Source: the human T2T-CHM13v2.0 reference genome, Homo sapiens
NCBI RefSeq assembly: GCF_009914755.1
Contig: NC_060938.1
Strand: one strand, 5' to 3'
DNA length: 64,000 nt
The notes under the pieces are model-generated. The model ran no database searches and was not told where the DNA came from. It was given only the letters and a program-made list of their open reading frames with translations. Shown in pieces: positions 41,138-53,733 of the stretch; the stretch's first letter is position 1, and every line of letters begins with the position of its first letter. The position numbers were made by a program, and so were the translations under genes.

Positions 41138-42699
41138 GTGAGTCACAGCACCGGTTTATATCTTTATGACATAACTTTTTTTTTTTGTTCCGCCTCGGTC
41201 CGCTCCTCTCCCCTTGTCATCTGTAGCGACCACAAAGAGGAAGAAACTGAGAGCAGATGTCTGTGTGATAGGGCAGGCGGACCCAAGTCGGGCCGTCCTC
41301 CCCCTGCCGGGCTCCTCCTCCCGCCCCCCTTCAGCCGCTTCAGGGAGTGAGCTGGAGACGACCGTCTGGTTTCTGATAGGAAAAGGTCAGGGGGAGGGGA
41401 CATCTCCCATAACACGCGCGTTAGCTGGGAGAGCAAGGGCCTGGGCGCGGGAACGCATCTGCACTGCGAAAGAGATGCCAGGCAGAAGCCCGAGACTGCC
41501 CGCAGCGGCGCTTGGTCCTGTCTGTGACCCGGAGGGTCCGGGCTGAGATCTCAGGGGCTCGCTTGGTTCCTAATCGGTCCTGGACGTCGGTGGGAGAGTC
41601 TTCCCAACGCAAAGTCTCTTTACTCTCATGAGGCCCTGGGTGGTGGTTGCCCACTTGTCCTGGGAGAGAGAACAACTGAAGTGACCGGGTGATAGGCAAT
41701 TAGTTGGTGATAGATTGGGAGATGGTGCGTGTGTTTGGAGTGTGTGACCGTTTGTATATTTCTGAGCATGTGTGACTGTGTGTGTTTCTGAGTGTCTGTG
41801 ACCATGTGTTTGTTGTACTGCCTGTAGAACCACTAGGTTTCCTTAAGTAACAATAAAATAAAATCTAAAGTAATTAAGAATCCGCAAAATCTTCTTGTTT
41901 TGCAAAGTTTTTAAAATGTTATTAATCTCATTTTAAGAAATGTGTTTTAACTTGTCTTCCAAACAGATACCTTTTTCCCTGTGCTTTGTTCTTTTAAATC
42001 TCTTTTACTTGAAATCTGGCAAGAGAATCACTTTAAATCCCTGAACCAAACAAATCTCTTAAGTCAGCAGGGGAGCAGAGAGGGTGAAGATGTGCAGTTA
42101 AGGAAATAAAAAAAGATAAAAGCATTGGATTACATTTTTTTTTTTTTTTTACAAAAAGGGTGGGGGGGTAGAAACGTCACATCATAAGGAAAGGAATGAG
42201 TGAAATTAAATCCACCTGGAACTCAGTAGGGCAGGAACCCTCCCTAATGCAGCCTGCTCCTGTGACTGCAAGTTGTCCCATCAGTTTGTGTAAATGTATC
42301 TGCGAATTGTGTGTCAGAAACTAATTCTTTTGTGCAAAGTTCCCATTAGTAGCTGACTTTAGTTCCATTTGTAAAGTATACGGATGCTTAGCTTCCTGGG
42401 CCTGATCCGGGGGACTTTCAGTGCTAATGAGCTTCCTTGTTCCTTCTGGAGGTGATTCTCCAATACCCTCTTGGCTCTTCAATAACACCGAGCAAGACTA
42501 GGTTATTTTCTACCGAGAGTAACAATTTATGGATAGTAATAGCTTTTATAGTGCACAAAAAAGTTGGCGCTTTAAGTAGGGGAAAAACACTGTCACCTTA
42601 AAGGGGGGGTCAATTACAATATCAAATGTTCTTTTAGCCCACTTCCCAAACCTACTAAGTCTCATATTTTCAAAAAAAAAAAATTGACTTAAGAAAAAA

Positions 42700-45150
42700 A
42701 AATCCACTTTTCATAGCGTGATGGCCGAAGCGGAATTTCTCCTAGGCTTCTTCAAAGCCCAAGACCGGTGATGCAGAATGGACTCTGCCAGCTTCGGAGA
42801 CTTGATCCAGGTCAGGGATCCCAGGTTCGCAGCCGGGGGATTTCCACGAAAACAGCGCCTCCTGTCGTGGAGAGGGAAAGCTGAATTTTCCCGCAGGCGC
42901 CTCCGGGGAGCACCGCCAGGCGATACTGGATTGAACTCCGCACGCATCCCAGTCAGGGATTTAGGTTCTTAGAGCCGAGGCCAAGATGGAAGGAGAGATG
43001 GCCGTTCGTCCAGCTCCCAGCCTCTCTCCATCTCAGTGGCCGCATTGCAAGATACCTAACAAATTTAGGAGGTGAGGTTCTAGTGTACCCAGATGCCAGC
43101 CAGTCACTTTCCCTGAGGTTTAAAAGCGAATCAGCAGGGTCGTGTTGGGTCTTTGACTTGGAAATGCATACATACATACATAAAGTAATGCTGCTGTCTG
43201 GGAGTTGCTGGCCAGTCGGTAGCCAGGTCCAGCGGCTGCAGCCTGCTCTTTTCCAACCTCTTTTCCCAAATAGGCACCTACACCATTGGAAACTGTGCTT
43301 TGCAAGGATTGTGCTGCTCGTTGGAGGAAACCAGGCCTGTCTTCAGCTGTGGGGAGGATGGGTGGACTCGGGGCAGGGTACCCGCGAGGGCAGGCACGTG
43401 GCGGCTCCTGCGGTGTCCCGGGTTAAACTTGCCTGTGTTTAAGACGGGTCTGCGACAGCTTGGGGCGGTCCAGGTCGCGGGGAGGGCGGGCTCCTCAAGT
43501 GGGGGATCCGCGGCAGTGAGGACTGTAGGGTGCGCGGGTACTCCGGGTAGCCGCCAGCGGAGGAAGCGGCTCCGCCCTTCCCGGAAGCTGCCCTTGCTAC
43601 ACCCGTGGGGCCTGCTCCCGGCGCAGTCCCGCAGTACCTGAGCGGCACTCGGTCCTTTGACCACGCTTGGCTGCCTCAGCTTACACTTCCCAGCAGGATC
43701 TGGCTGGGAGCCCCTTCCTCAGATATTCACCAGGCAGGTAGAAGCAGAGGGAGACGACGGCGAAAGGTGGAAGGAGAGGCCGCGGCCTCGGGCCTCGGGC
43801 CCCGGGCCCAGACGGCGGCCTCTCGCGGCGACAGGGTCCTTCCTATTTAGCAGGACCGCAGGGTTGGCAGACAGCAGGGCCTGGGCCGGCGGGGCTCTGC
43901 GGTGCCCATTCGAGTCTCTCCAGGGCTTCCCTCTGTGGCTGTCCCTCGCCTGCCCCCTTTCCTTGCCTACCCTTCCCTGGACGGGGTTGTTGTCAGGTGA
44001 CGGCTTCAGCAACCCAGCCATGCTTGGTGTGGAGTGGTTCGAGTTCCTCCGCGGGCCCCCACCCCCCACACAGATAAGAAGCTTAAGTCCTCCTTCTGCA
44101 GGGGAGAATCGGATGCAATGAAACTAAGACCTGTGGTCGTTAACGCGGTTCAAAGCCGACCCCAACTGGGACACGGCTCAGCTTAGAAGTGAGGAAGGCC
44201 TGGGACGCTGGAAACAAGGGGTCACACGTGCGTGTGCCTGGCCTTCGCAGGTGGATGTGTGCGCCGAGCTGGGGAAGGGGCCAGGGAGCCGCGAGACTGC
44301 GGTCCCCCGCGAGAGAGAAGTATGGGCCTGGCCAGGGTTCGAACTCCGTTCCTTCGCTGCCTTCCTTTTATTTTTCTTCCTCATCTTCCTTCCTCTCTCC
44401 CTTGGTTCCATCATTAAATCTTTAAGGGATTAATTCACAACTCTGTAGTAGGTAGGGGCCCTGGGACCACTTGACGGGCCTTTGCAGGCAGTTCTGTACA
44501 GAGTCCTAACCCGTAACGGGCCTCAACCCCGGCTGTGTGTGCGTGTGCTTGTGTCTGTGTGTCTTTGTGTGTAAAAGCAACGCATAAACATACCCAGGGC
44601 TTTCACTTATTTTATTGAAGCAAACAAACAAAAACAGCCACTGGGTTTGTCTTTTCCCCTACTCCTGCCTGAGCGCCGCCGGGTTTCTGAGCTGCTCCGG
44701 GCGCGGACCTAGCTCACCCGCAGCCGGATGTCGGAGCCGGAGCTGCTCCCCACCCGGCCTCGCCCGCGGGCGACAAAACCGTCCCTCTGGCCACGGGAGA
44801 GCATCGCCTTGCCAAAATCAACTCGCATTTTCATGTATTCAAATGAGAAAGACTGAGAAGGGCGATTTCCCCTGCTGGGCAGTCGACAGCGTTGGAAGGA
44901 AGAAGTGCCCCCTAGGGCCTCGCGGAAACGGGAACAAACCTCCCTCGAGGCCCCCGGAACCGATATGGCGACCCCGCCCAGACCTGGGTCCCCGCGGCCG
45001 CGCGCGTCTCCCGCCGTTGTGGCCCCCGAGTTACTGACTTTTGTTCACACCGGTCAGCGCCTGTTGGAGGACGTGCTCAGCCCCAGCCGGTCCCTCCTCA
45101 TCCAGCCGATCCCCCTCCTGGGGAGCGCGGTCTCTGCTCTGTGCTGCTGA
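42700..45150. promoter_or_regulatory. Upstream CpG island cluster
   Basis: High GC and dense CpG, 2.5-5 kb 5' of FOXA1. Confidence 0.8.
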
Positions 45151-47394
45151 AAGGATCCTCGGGCTTTCCCGCTCTACTTTAAAACCCCTAGGGCTAGGGG
45201 CCTAGGGGAGGGACTGGCAATGCACGCTTCACACAAAGAGGTGGAAAATTAGAGGGAAACGTGACACCTCTTAGGTATCCGTTAGAGCAGAAAGGACCTG
45301 AGCAGCTGAGGTCCTACTGCGTGCCACAGACTTGGCAGGGTGCTTGGAGATCCTGGCGTTTCCCCACCTGCTGCTCCTGTGTGCAAGAGCTGGGAGGCTG
45401 GAAACCTGGGCGAGGGTAGGTCAGGACCTCCATTCCTCTCCATCAGCAGAAGCCCGCGTTAATGCAGAGCAGTGATGGAAGCCGAGGGGCTTGGAAAAGT
45501 CAACTATTTCATCTCCTGCCTCAAGGCTGGCAGCTTAAATCTAAATCCTTCCTGAAGGGTCGACCAGTGTTTAGCTTCTCCGTCCCAGGCCGGCCAGCCC
45601 CCGCCAATCCACTCGCGCCCCTCCCCCCACACACCCAGGAGCTTTCCCACGGTCTTTCAGTTGTCCCTGGTGGTTTAGCTTTGGCTATTCATATGTGATT
45701 ACCCTCAAATTACATGGCACTATTTAACAGATGCTTTAATAAGAATCATATGCCATATCCTTCACTTAGAAAGAAAATAAAAATATATTCTGCCGGAAGT
45801 TTTTCATTGTATCAGTTTTCTGATTTCCCCCCATATTTTGAAATTATGCTTTGGACTGCTGACTAATTTACTGGCATGCCTAGAGGGAGATTATCTTCAT
45901 TACTTAAAATTCGATTGGAGAGCACTGTTGGGTGGCTGCTTCTGGGACTTCCAGCAGCTATTCCAAGAGCTAACATCAGAGGAAAGTTTTGTTTTAAGAG
46001 TTGTGCATTTGCATAAAGTTTTTTGATTTTCCTTGTTCTATGGACCACAGAGCAAAACTACTGCTTAGCTTACCTTGCAGTGAGTTTGCTTCTAAACAGA
46101 AACACTATGAAGCAGCCTCCTTGGCAGCATTTGCTTTTGCTGGGTTACTAGCAAGATTTGCAGGAACTCTGACCACTTTCTGAATGTTGTAATTTTGGTT
46201 GCCTACCAGAATCATGGATCAAAGTAAACAAATGCAGCAGCCACCACTGGACACTACCTGTGGTGGCAAGTCCAGAGCAGCCTCCTGGAGTCCCTGTTAA
46301 AAACTTTGCAGCCTTTCACAAACAACTGAGCCCTGCCCTCCTTAGGTCCACACCTTGCTCTGGATGCCTTGCCAGGTTCTTATCACACATCGACAGCAAA
46401 TTCTATTTGTTTATTTTTCATTTTTTTTCTCTCCCTTACTGGTCTAGTAGCTCCTTGAGGGCAGGCACTGCTGTGTCTCCTGCTGCCAGAGCAAAGCCTG
46501 TAGCATAGTAGACTTTGAATAAAGATTTGTTGAGTCAGTCAACTAACTAGCCCATCCCTGAGACTGGCCAGGTTAGCTTCAATCAGGGAAGAATTCCTGA
46601 GTCTAGAAACCATATCCATCACATCCAAAGTCCCCAAGTGAGAGGATCTGAGGGACTTGATTCAGCTAGGTGCACTAGGAAAACAAAGGTTTTGTGGAAT
46701 GAATGGGCCGATGGACTGAGTGAAGAATTGGATGGGAAAGATGCCCTGGCACAGCGAACAGGGTCTCAGACACCTGAGAACCTTGAGCTTCCAAACCCAT
46801 TGGGTCTGGCTCTTACCCTGTCATCAATGCCTGATTTTAAGCAGTATAATCGGGTGGCATAACAAATAAATGCTCCCTTTCCTGGGCACCTGGACATGGG
46901 CAGAATCAGCAGCTCGCTTTGCCCATATAGGGTGGTCAACGTGTGACCCAAAATCAAACATTTCACTTTTCCTCGCTGTAGAAAGGCAGCATCCACACCT
47001 TTCAATAGCAGATATTGACTAAAAGTTGAAGAACCCCACGAATTTTCTGTCAGGCAACACTTTTCACTAGGAGCTGGAAAGGAAACATCGGTGTTTAAAT
47101 AATATGTTTAAATTGGCAAACAAATAAAGCCGAGCCCACGTAGTGAGAAGGAAAAGCCTTGCACTAGAGCTCTCTATTAGTCCGAGGCTGCGCACCCGGC
47201 TTAGAGCGCGCTGAGTGTCCGTTGGGGCCCCTGCTCTTGGGGGCGCCTGGGGCTCTGCGCGCCCGCAGGGCAGGTTTGCGCACCGAGTGTCACAGAAGTG
47301 ATCTTCCTCGGTACCGGCCTCTTAGCTGGCCGTGGCGGAGACAGCGCACTTGAAACTACCAGGCGTTGACCTTAATTGCCTCTCTGTCTTATAT

Positions 47395-47474
47395 CATAAG
47401 ATACAGAGTGTTTTATTCTACATAAGATACAAAGTATTTTATTCTACATAAGATACAAAGTATTTTAGTCTACA
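47395..47474. repeat. 26-bp minisatellite, 3 copies
   Basis: cataagatacagagtgttttattcta / cataagatacaaagtattttattcta / cataagatacaaagtattttagtcta. Confidence 0.93.
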
Positions 47475-50400
47475 CACTTGCCATGTGTAATGTAATGATT
47501 TCCTTACAGGACCACCAATCTCAGAACCTGCAGTGTTGTGGCAAGGTAATAACTGGAGACCTCTCGTGTCATTTTTTCATCCTTAAATTTTATTTGCCAC
47601 GAAAGCAGGAGTTGGGGGAGACGTTACAAGAGTAAATATGCCTACCTCCTCTTCTGGGCTGCTATCACTCGAGAAGGCACAAGGCTGTGCGATCCTCCGC
47701 CGCATCTGGTGTCCTCGATGTTCCTCCCACCCCCACTGTCCCACCGGGTGGATGAACCCACTGAACCCACGGTTCAGCCGTGGCTCCGATGCGGCGGAGG
47801 ATCTGCACCCCAACCTTCCTGCTTTCAGGTCCTCTTCTCCAAACTGCACCTTACCCCTGCCCCAGTCACCGCGGTGGGGGAGAGGGGGTCGGAACTTGGA
47901 TCAAGCCTCACCCACCTTAGAGACTCAGGTTTCGAGTTTTAGCAGATCTGGTGTAGATTTGTTTTCTTTCAAATGCTTGAGGATGCAGTTGGTGGCATGG
48001 ATCCCACTCTTCTCACCCCACTGGCCTCCTCCCGCCAAAATACCTTCCATTGTGAATTGCTGGTCTCCACTGACCTCCTCATGAACCTCTCCCTACACCC
48101 CCGCCAAGAGAAGTAGTTTCAATAAATAAAGCCCAGTGCTGGGGTTGAAGGTCAGTTTACACTGCAGCAGGAGCTTCACAAATTCCTGCAGGTGCTGGAT
48201 GGGAATAAACCACTGTCCCAAGAGATGACAGAGAGAGAGAAGAAGCGAAGACTGCAGAAGCTGTGTGGAGATGCGGACCTGGCGTTAGGATTGGGGTGGG
48301 GCAGCATGGTTCTGACGCTGACCGCAGTGCTGCCGACCTCTAATATGCTAGGGAACCCAGCCAGGCCCTCTGTGCCTCCGTTTCCTCTTTTCCCAAGTGA
48401 GGAGCCTGGACCTGATGCCCGGATTCTGGCAATCGTCAGTTGTAGGAACAAAGTCTGGAGTAGTGGCTGGCATGAGAGTCAGCCCTGACGACCTCACCCA
48501 GGGAAATGAGGAACCCGTGTGAACCTAAGAAGGAAACCGCTATGGTGGTTGTGGTGGTGGGTGGCTCAGCTCCAGAAGTGGTGAAGCGACTTTCCCGAAA
48601 GGGAGGAAGACTCTGGGATAATTGGTACCGCAAAAATTTCCTTCCTTTTTGCTGAATATCCAGGTTTGTGGTATACGGTTTATGGTAAATTTAGGGCGAA
48701 AGCTTTCCTCCTTTTCACTGCCTGTCGTCTCCAAAGACAGCAGCAGCAGAAGAGACAGACCAACCTGTCCTCCCAATTTCCAAGCCCAGGCAAAGCCTCC
48801 TCAGCGAGGCGAAGGCTCAGCACTCTACACACTCCTCTCCCTAGGGCTGGCAGGCTCAGGCCACTTGTGTCTGAGGCTGAAGATCTCTGAGACTTTTACT
48901 CATTAGACAAACTCCATTGGGGGCGTATTCCATGCAATCGACAGTGCAGTCGGACATGTTCAATGCAATTCCGGCTTGGAATCAGACCTGGATTCCAATC
49001 GAGATACTGCAGGGGACTAGCTCTCCCTGAGCCTCAGTTTTCCCAACTGTAAAATGGGCATGGGAGTACCCACCTCATACCAGTTGAGTGTAGAATGAGT
49101 ATGCAATAAGTGGCAACAAAAAGATCCCCCACAATTCTGGGAGCCTGAGAGGTGCTGGATGCTGGGACATGTAGTGTCAGGGGCTGCTGACCAGGTATGC
49201 CTCCTGTGCTTTGCCTTCTAGATCTTTTGCATGTTGTCACCATTCTCTGCGTTGTCGCAGTTCCTCCAAGCTACAGTCCAGGAGGAGAAGGGAGCTCTCC
49301 CATGGGAACTGGGCTGCCGGGGGGCGGAGTCTCAGTGTCCACCAGGACCCTGCCTGGAATTTCCTAATTTCCTTGACTGGTGGAGCTACTCTCCACCCAG
49401 TCAGTGATGGATGACAAAAGAAAAGCACCATCCGAAGGAGATCCAGAGACTGCATCAAGTTCACATTAAGGACCTTCTGGGGTAAGGTGGTTCAAGGGGA
49501 GAGGAGATGAGAGGTCTTGAACCTCCTACCCTTTAGGTCCTTCTGAACCAGACTGGGGTAGCAGAACACATTGTCCCTTCCTCCCCCTAGGCGAGAGAGG
49601 GAGGATGCCTCCCCAAGAGTCTGCCTGTGCCTTTCCTGGGCTCCTGAGAGTATTGTCGGAGCCCGCCTGAATTTACTAGCTGAACTTGTAGGCGTTGGGT
49701 GTCTGGGCATGCCTCTCTCAGAGACCCCGATCATCGCCCTGGCTATGTGTACCTCAGGCAAACACGGGGTTGTGGTTTGGATCTAGGAGGCACCCGGGTA
49801 GGAGAGGGGAGATGAGGAAGAGGAAGAAAATGAAATCTGGGCTTCTGAGAAGCCAGTCCATCCTCAGCACCTGAACTTGGGGAGAACTGAGATGAGAAAG
49901 CAAGACTCTTGATTTCACTTAGACACTTTCTCCTTCCTCCTCTGCCCTTCTCATGGACAGTAAGGACCACTTATGATTCATTTAGAGAAGTATACTTAGA
50001 CATTTTCTAAAATCCTGAAAACCCAAGATGTCATTATATCAAGGAAGCTTTAGTTGCTGTCTTCAAAAATTATTTGATTTAAATTCCCTAAAAGTTTCTT
50101 CCTGGGAGTTGAAGTCCACCTGAAATGAAACGAGCATGCTGGGCTTATGGTGTATGCTTCAAATATTAAAGACTTAAATGTTACCTTGCATGTGCAAGAA
50201 AGCTTAGTGGGATGCTAAAGTTTAATTAAGACAGACAATATAGTCTGTGAAAAGACCAAATCACAGAGGGGCTTCAGTGATTTGTCTGCTCAGATATAGA
50301 TATGTCTGCTCAAGTGAAGACCAGAAATTGATTAAACCCTCCTATTGATGAAGTTTGGAAGGGCTGCAGTTCAGCTGTGGATCCAGGACTCTTTCATGAG

Positions 50401-50739
50401 AAATGTCCCACAAATTTTAGACAACGAGTTTGGATGGGCTAAGAAGGTCCTGCATAGCAGCTTCAGTAAGTTTCTGAATTCTGCTTCACTCAGTAATCAG
50501 GATCCGGGTGGATAAAATAAAATATATCCTTCACTGGAAAACAGAAAAACAACACATCTTCAAAGCTTATTAATTTTTCTTGGATTGGTATGTGGGTGAG
50601 TATGGGGGAAGTGGGATGGTACACAGAAGTCTCAGGCAGTGATCTCTGGCTAAATGCAGCTTCTGTTTTTACAGCTTACTTGGGAGAGCTGTTAGTTTTT
50701 CTAAGCATAAACCAGGCATTGGTTCTCTAAGCTCAATGT

Positions 50740-50896
50740 TTAGGCTACAAAGCACATACAACAGTCTTACATATCTACCTTTAGAAAAGGAATGTCTCTG
50801 ACCTCAAACTCAGTAAAATCTCTAGTGTATTACCATAGCTGGAGAACATCTAAGCAAAGCCCTTTGGAGGTGTAAAGTGTAAATGGAATGCTAAAC
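50740..50896 (+). repeat. 157-bp direct repeat, copy 1
   Basis: Matches 52146-52302 with 4 substitutions and no gaps. Confidence 0.96.
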
Positions 50897-51299
50897 ATCA
50901 GCTACTACCTCCAAGAAAAATAAATCCTTAATTCCTGGCCAAGTACACCTGCTTTAGACCAGGCTCATTAGTGTTATTTGTATCTTTTCTTTTTCAAATG
51001 GATAGTTTTATTCACAGGTTTTTTTTTTTTTCTGTCTGCTCAGTGCTTGCTATTTTTATCCTGCCTTAAGAACCCCCGAGGTCATGCCCCAGTGCCAGAC
51101 TTCCAAGGTGCTCCAAAGAAGAGTGGTAGCTGACTTCCCAGGGGTCCATTTCTGAACTCCATAAGCTTAGATGTTAGAACCCCGTTGGAGTTTGGGATCT
51201 GGAGGGAAGCTTGGCAGATGTTAATTAGGTTACCATGGGTAAGGTGGGGTGAGCAGGTGCTTGAAGAAGTCTGGAGGTAATCAATGCCAGGGAGAACCC

Positions 51300-51832
51300 T
51301 AAGGCAATGGAAGGTGTCTCAATGTGTTCATTTCTGTGGATCAATGGCAGTACAGGCAACTTTTGGTAGGGGACTCTGGGGGTTATTCTCTGTTATACTC
51401 TCTGGCTGCCCCCTTTGCCTACTTCTCTTTAGGCCACGTTACTTAGTCTTCCTTGCCTTTGGACTTACAAATGGGTTTGACCAATGGAGGACAATGGTGC
51501 AGGACTGAAGGGCAGGAGGGTAGAGTGTTAGGAGTACTTAGGCTTCCTGCTTTCTCCCTGCATCACTGTGGTTTTGTCCTTTACTTCCCCTCTCTGTCTC
51601 TACAGTCCCATCAGCAGCTCCTCTTCCACAGCTTCAGCTCTCGCCAGTCTCTGTTAACACCTCCTTTTCCCCCGTTGCCCCTTCAGATCAAAAGTGTCAA
51701 TACCTTCCTAATATTGCTAGACCTTGAGTGACTCATTTTCTCTTGTTAGTTCCCTTTAATCCCACCTTCAAATTTTTTTCCCTAGGAAAACCCTTTCCTG
51801 TATGCCATCTGTTTTCTGTGGGGCCCTGAGTG
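51300..51832 (+). mobile_element. Old ERVL-class solo LTR (LTR33-like)
   Basis: The 3' portion ccccttcag...ttgctag...cttgttagttccctttaatccc...tgccatctgttttctgtggggccctga resembles the recalled LTR33 3' end. Confidence 0.55.
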
Positions 51833-51865
51833 ATGAGGAGAGGAACAAGGATTCATGGAAGTGAG
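51786..51865 (+). other. TTC6: Putative 80-nt non-coding exon 2 of TTC6
   Basis: Acceptor aatttttttccctag|G at 51785 and donor GAG|gtatga at 51866; assignment to TTC6 is inferred. Confidence 0.45.
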
Positions 51866-52145
51866 GTATGATGTCTTCAGTTCTTTCCAGTTCATCCTCA
51901 TCCTGTAAGTCATCAAAAGGCTCTACTCCTTCCCTGTCACCATCTTGGAGTACAGCCATGAAGGCTCCAGGATTTCTGTGGTGGCTGGTTTCTACAGGAA
52001 AGGCTGCCTATGGGTCTAGCAGGAAAGCACACTCTGAGTTTATTTGCATTACATTTGCCATTTTAATTTGCTGATTTGCATTTGACATAATTGTTAAAGT
52101 AACTGATGCTAAAATAAAATATTGATAGTATCAAGTTTTTTTGAC

Positions 52146-52302
52146 TTAGGCTACAAAGCACATACAACAGTCTTGCATATCTACCTTTAGAAAAGGAATG
52201 GCTCTGACCTCAAACTCAGCAAAATCTCTAGTGTATTACCATAGCTGGAGAACATGTAAGCAAAGCCCTTTGGAGGTGTAAAGTGTAAATGGAATGCTAA
52301 AC
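52146..52302 (+). repeat. 157-bp direct repeat, copy 2
   Basis: Offset 1406 bp from copy 1. Confidence 0.96.
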
Positions 52303-52740
52303 TGAGCTTTGCTATAAATCAAGGACTGAGACTTTTGCTAGTGGTGAGTTGTGTTAATAGAAGCAGACACTAAACTAGGTCCAGTGACCGAGGGGCTCAT
52401 GGGAAATGTCCTTGTGTGTTCCCCAAGGCCTCAGCATCTTTGGTTCCTCATCTCTAGAACATTAAGTCTAGAGCTCAGTCCTTTTCAGGTCTGTGTCTGG
52501 CAACAACTCAGTCTTGACTAGTGCTAAACCAGTGACATTATTTAGGTGTGACCATCAATGAGAATTCTATGTGCCAACATTGTGCTAGATACTAAAGATA
52601 CTAAATTGAAGACAAGATTCTGCCTTCCAAAGATTAAAACAATGTTTCAATATTACTATTTGAAAATTTTGCATACTTCTATGTAGGAAAAGTTCATGAA
52701 AGTAGAATTTCTGGGTTAAAATACATGCAAGTATTTAGTC

Positions 52741-52963
52741 TTTTTTTTTTTTTTTCTTTTTCTTTTTTTGAGACAGGGTCCTGCTCTGTTTCCCAGGCTG
52801 GTGTGCAGTGGGGCAATCATAGCTCACTGCAGCCTTGGACTCCTGGGCTCCAACAATCCTCCCACCTCAGCCCCAAGGTAGCTAGGACTATAGGTGCATG
52901 CCACCATGCCCAGCTAATTATTAAAATTTTCTTGTAAAGGTGGAGTCTTGCTATGTTGCTCAG
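52741..52963 (-). mobile_element. Partial AluJ
   Basis: Poly-T tail, right monomer and part of the left monomer. Confidence 0.88.
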
Positions 52964-53402
52964 AATGCTATATTTAAGACATTTGAGACATTTTGCTATA
53001 TGATATCTAGCAGGATGCCCTCAGAAATCTATAAGTAATCCTGTTTCCTCACTCCCATGCACATAGTCTTACTAACTTTGTAATTTGATTGATGAAAATT
53101 GCATAACATTGTTTTAATTTGTATTTATGAGATTAGTTGAGTTGAATATTTTTATATCTCTATTGGCCACAATAGTTCTTCTTTTTGGAACTGCCATTCA
53201 CACCTTCATTAGCCAATTGAAAATTTGGAGTGTCTACTTCTCATCTACAGAATATTGATCCCATGTCTGCTATAAATATTGTGAAATTTTTACCAGGTTT
53301 TTATTTGCATTTCAATTTTATTTTTAAATGCATAATGCACATGTTTCAACAATCGGTATTTTTATTTATAGTTTCTGCCTTTTATGGTTTAGCGCTTACA
53401 AG

Positions 53403-53733
53403 TTTTTTTTGTGTGTGTGTGTGTGTGTGTTTTTGTTGTTGTTGTTTTTTGAGACAGGATCTCATTGTGGCACCGAGGCTGGAGTTCAGTGATAAGATCC
53501 TGGCTCACTGCAGCCTCGACTTCCTGGGCCTAAGCAATCCTCCTACCTTAGCCTCCTGAGTAGCTGAGACTATAGGTTCATGCCACCACACCTGGCTAAT
53601 TTTTTTGCCAGGTGAGTCAGGGTTTCACTATATTGCTCAGGCTGGTCTTGAACTCCTGGGCTCAAGTGATTCTATTGCCTTGGCCTTCCAAAGTGCTGGA
53701 ATTACAGGTGTGAGCCACCAGTGCTTGCAAGCC
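53403..53733 (-). mobile_element. AluJ with (TG)n/(TTG)n tail
   Basis: Antisense Alu dimer. Confidence 0.88.

Larger units (their letters stand above)
39580..41600. promoter_or_regulatory. CpG-island bidirectional promoter (FOXA1 on -, TTC6 on +)
   Basis: Very dense CpG and GC boxes; FOX motif TGTTTGC 40607-40613; CCAAT (minus) 40625-40629; TGAGTCA at 41042 and 41139; divergent splice donors at 40032 (-) and 41138 (+). Confidence 0.9.
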
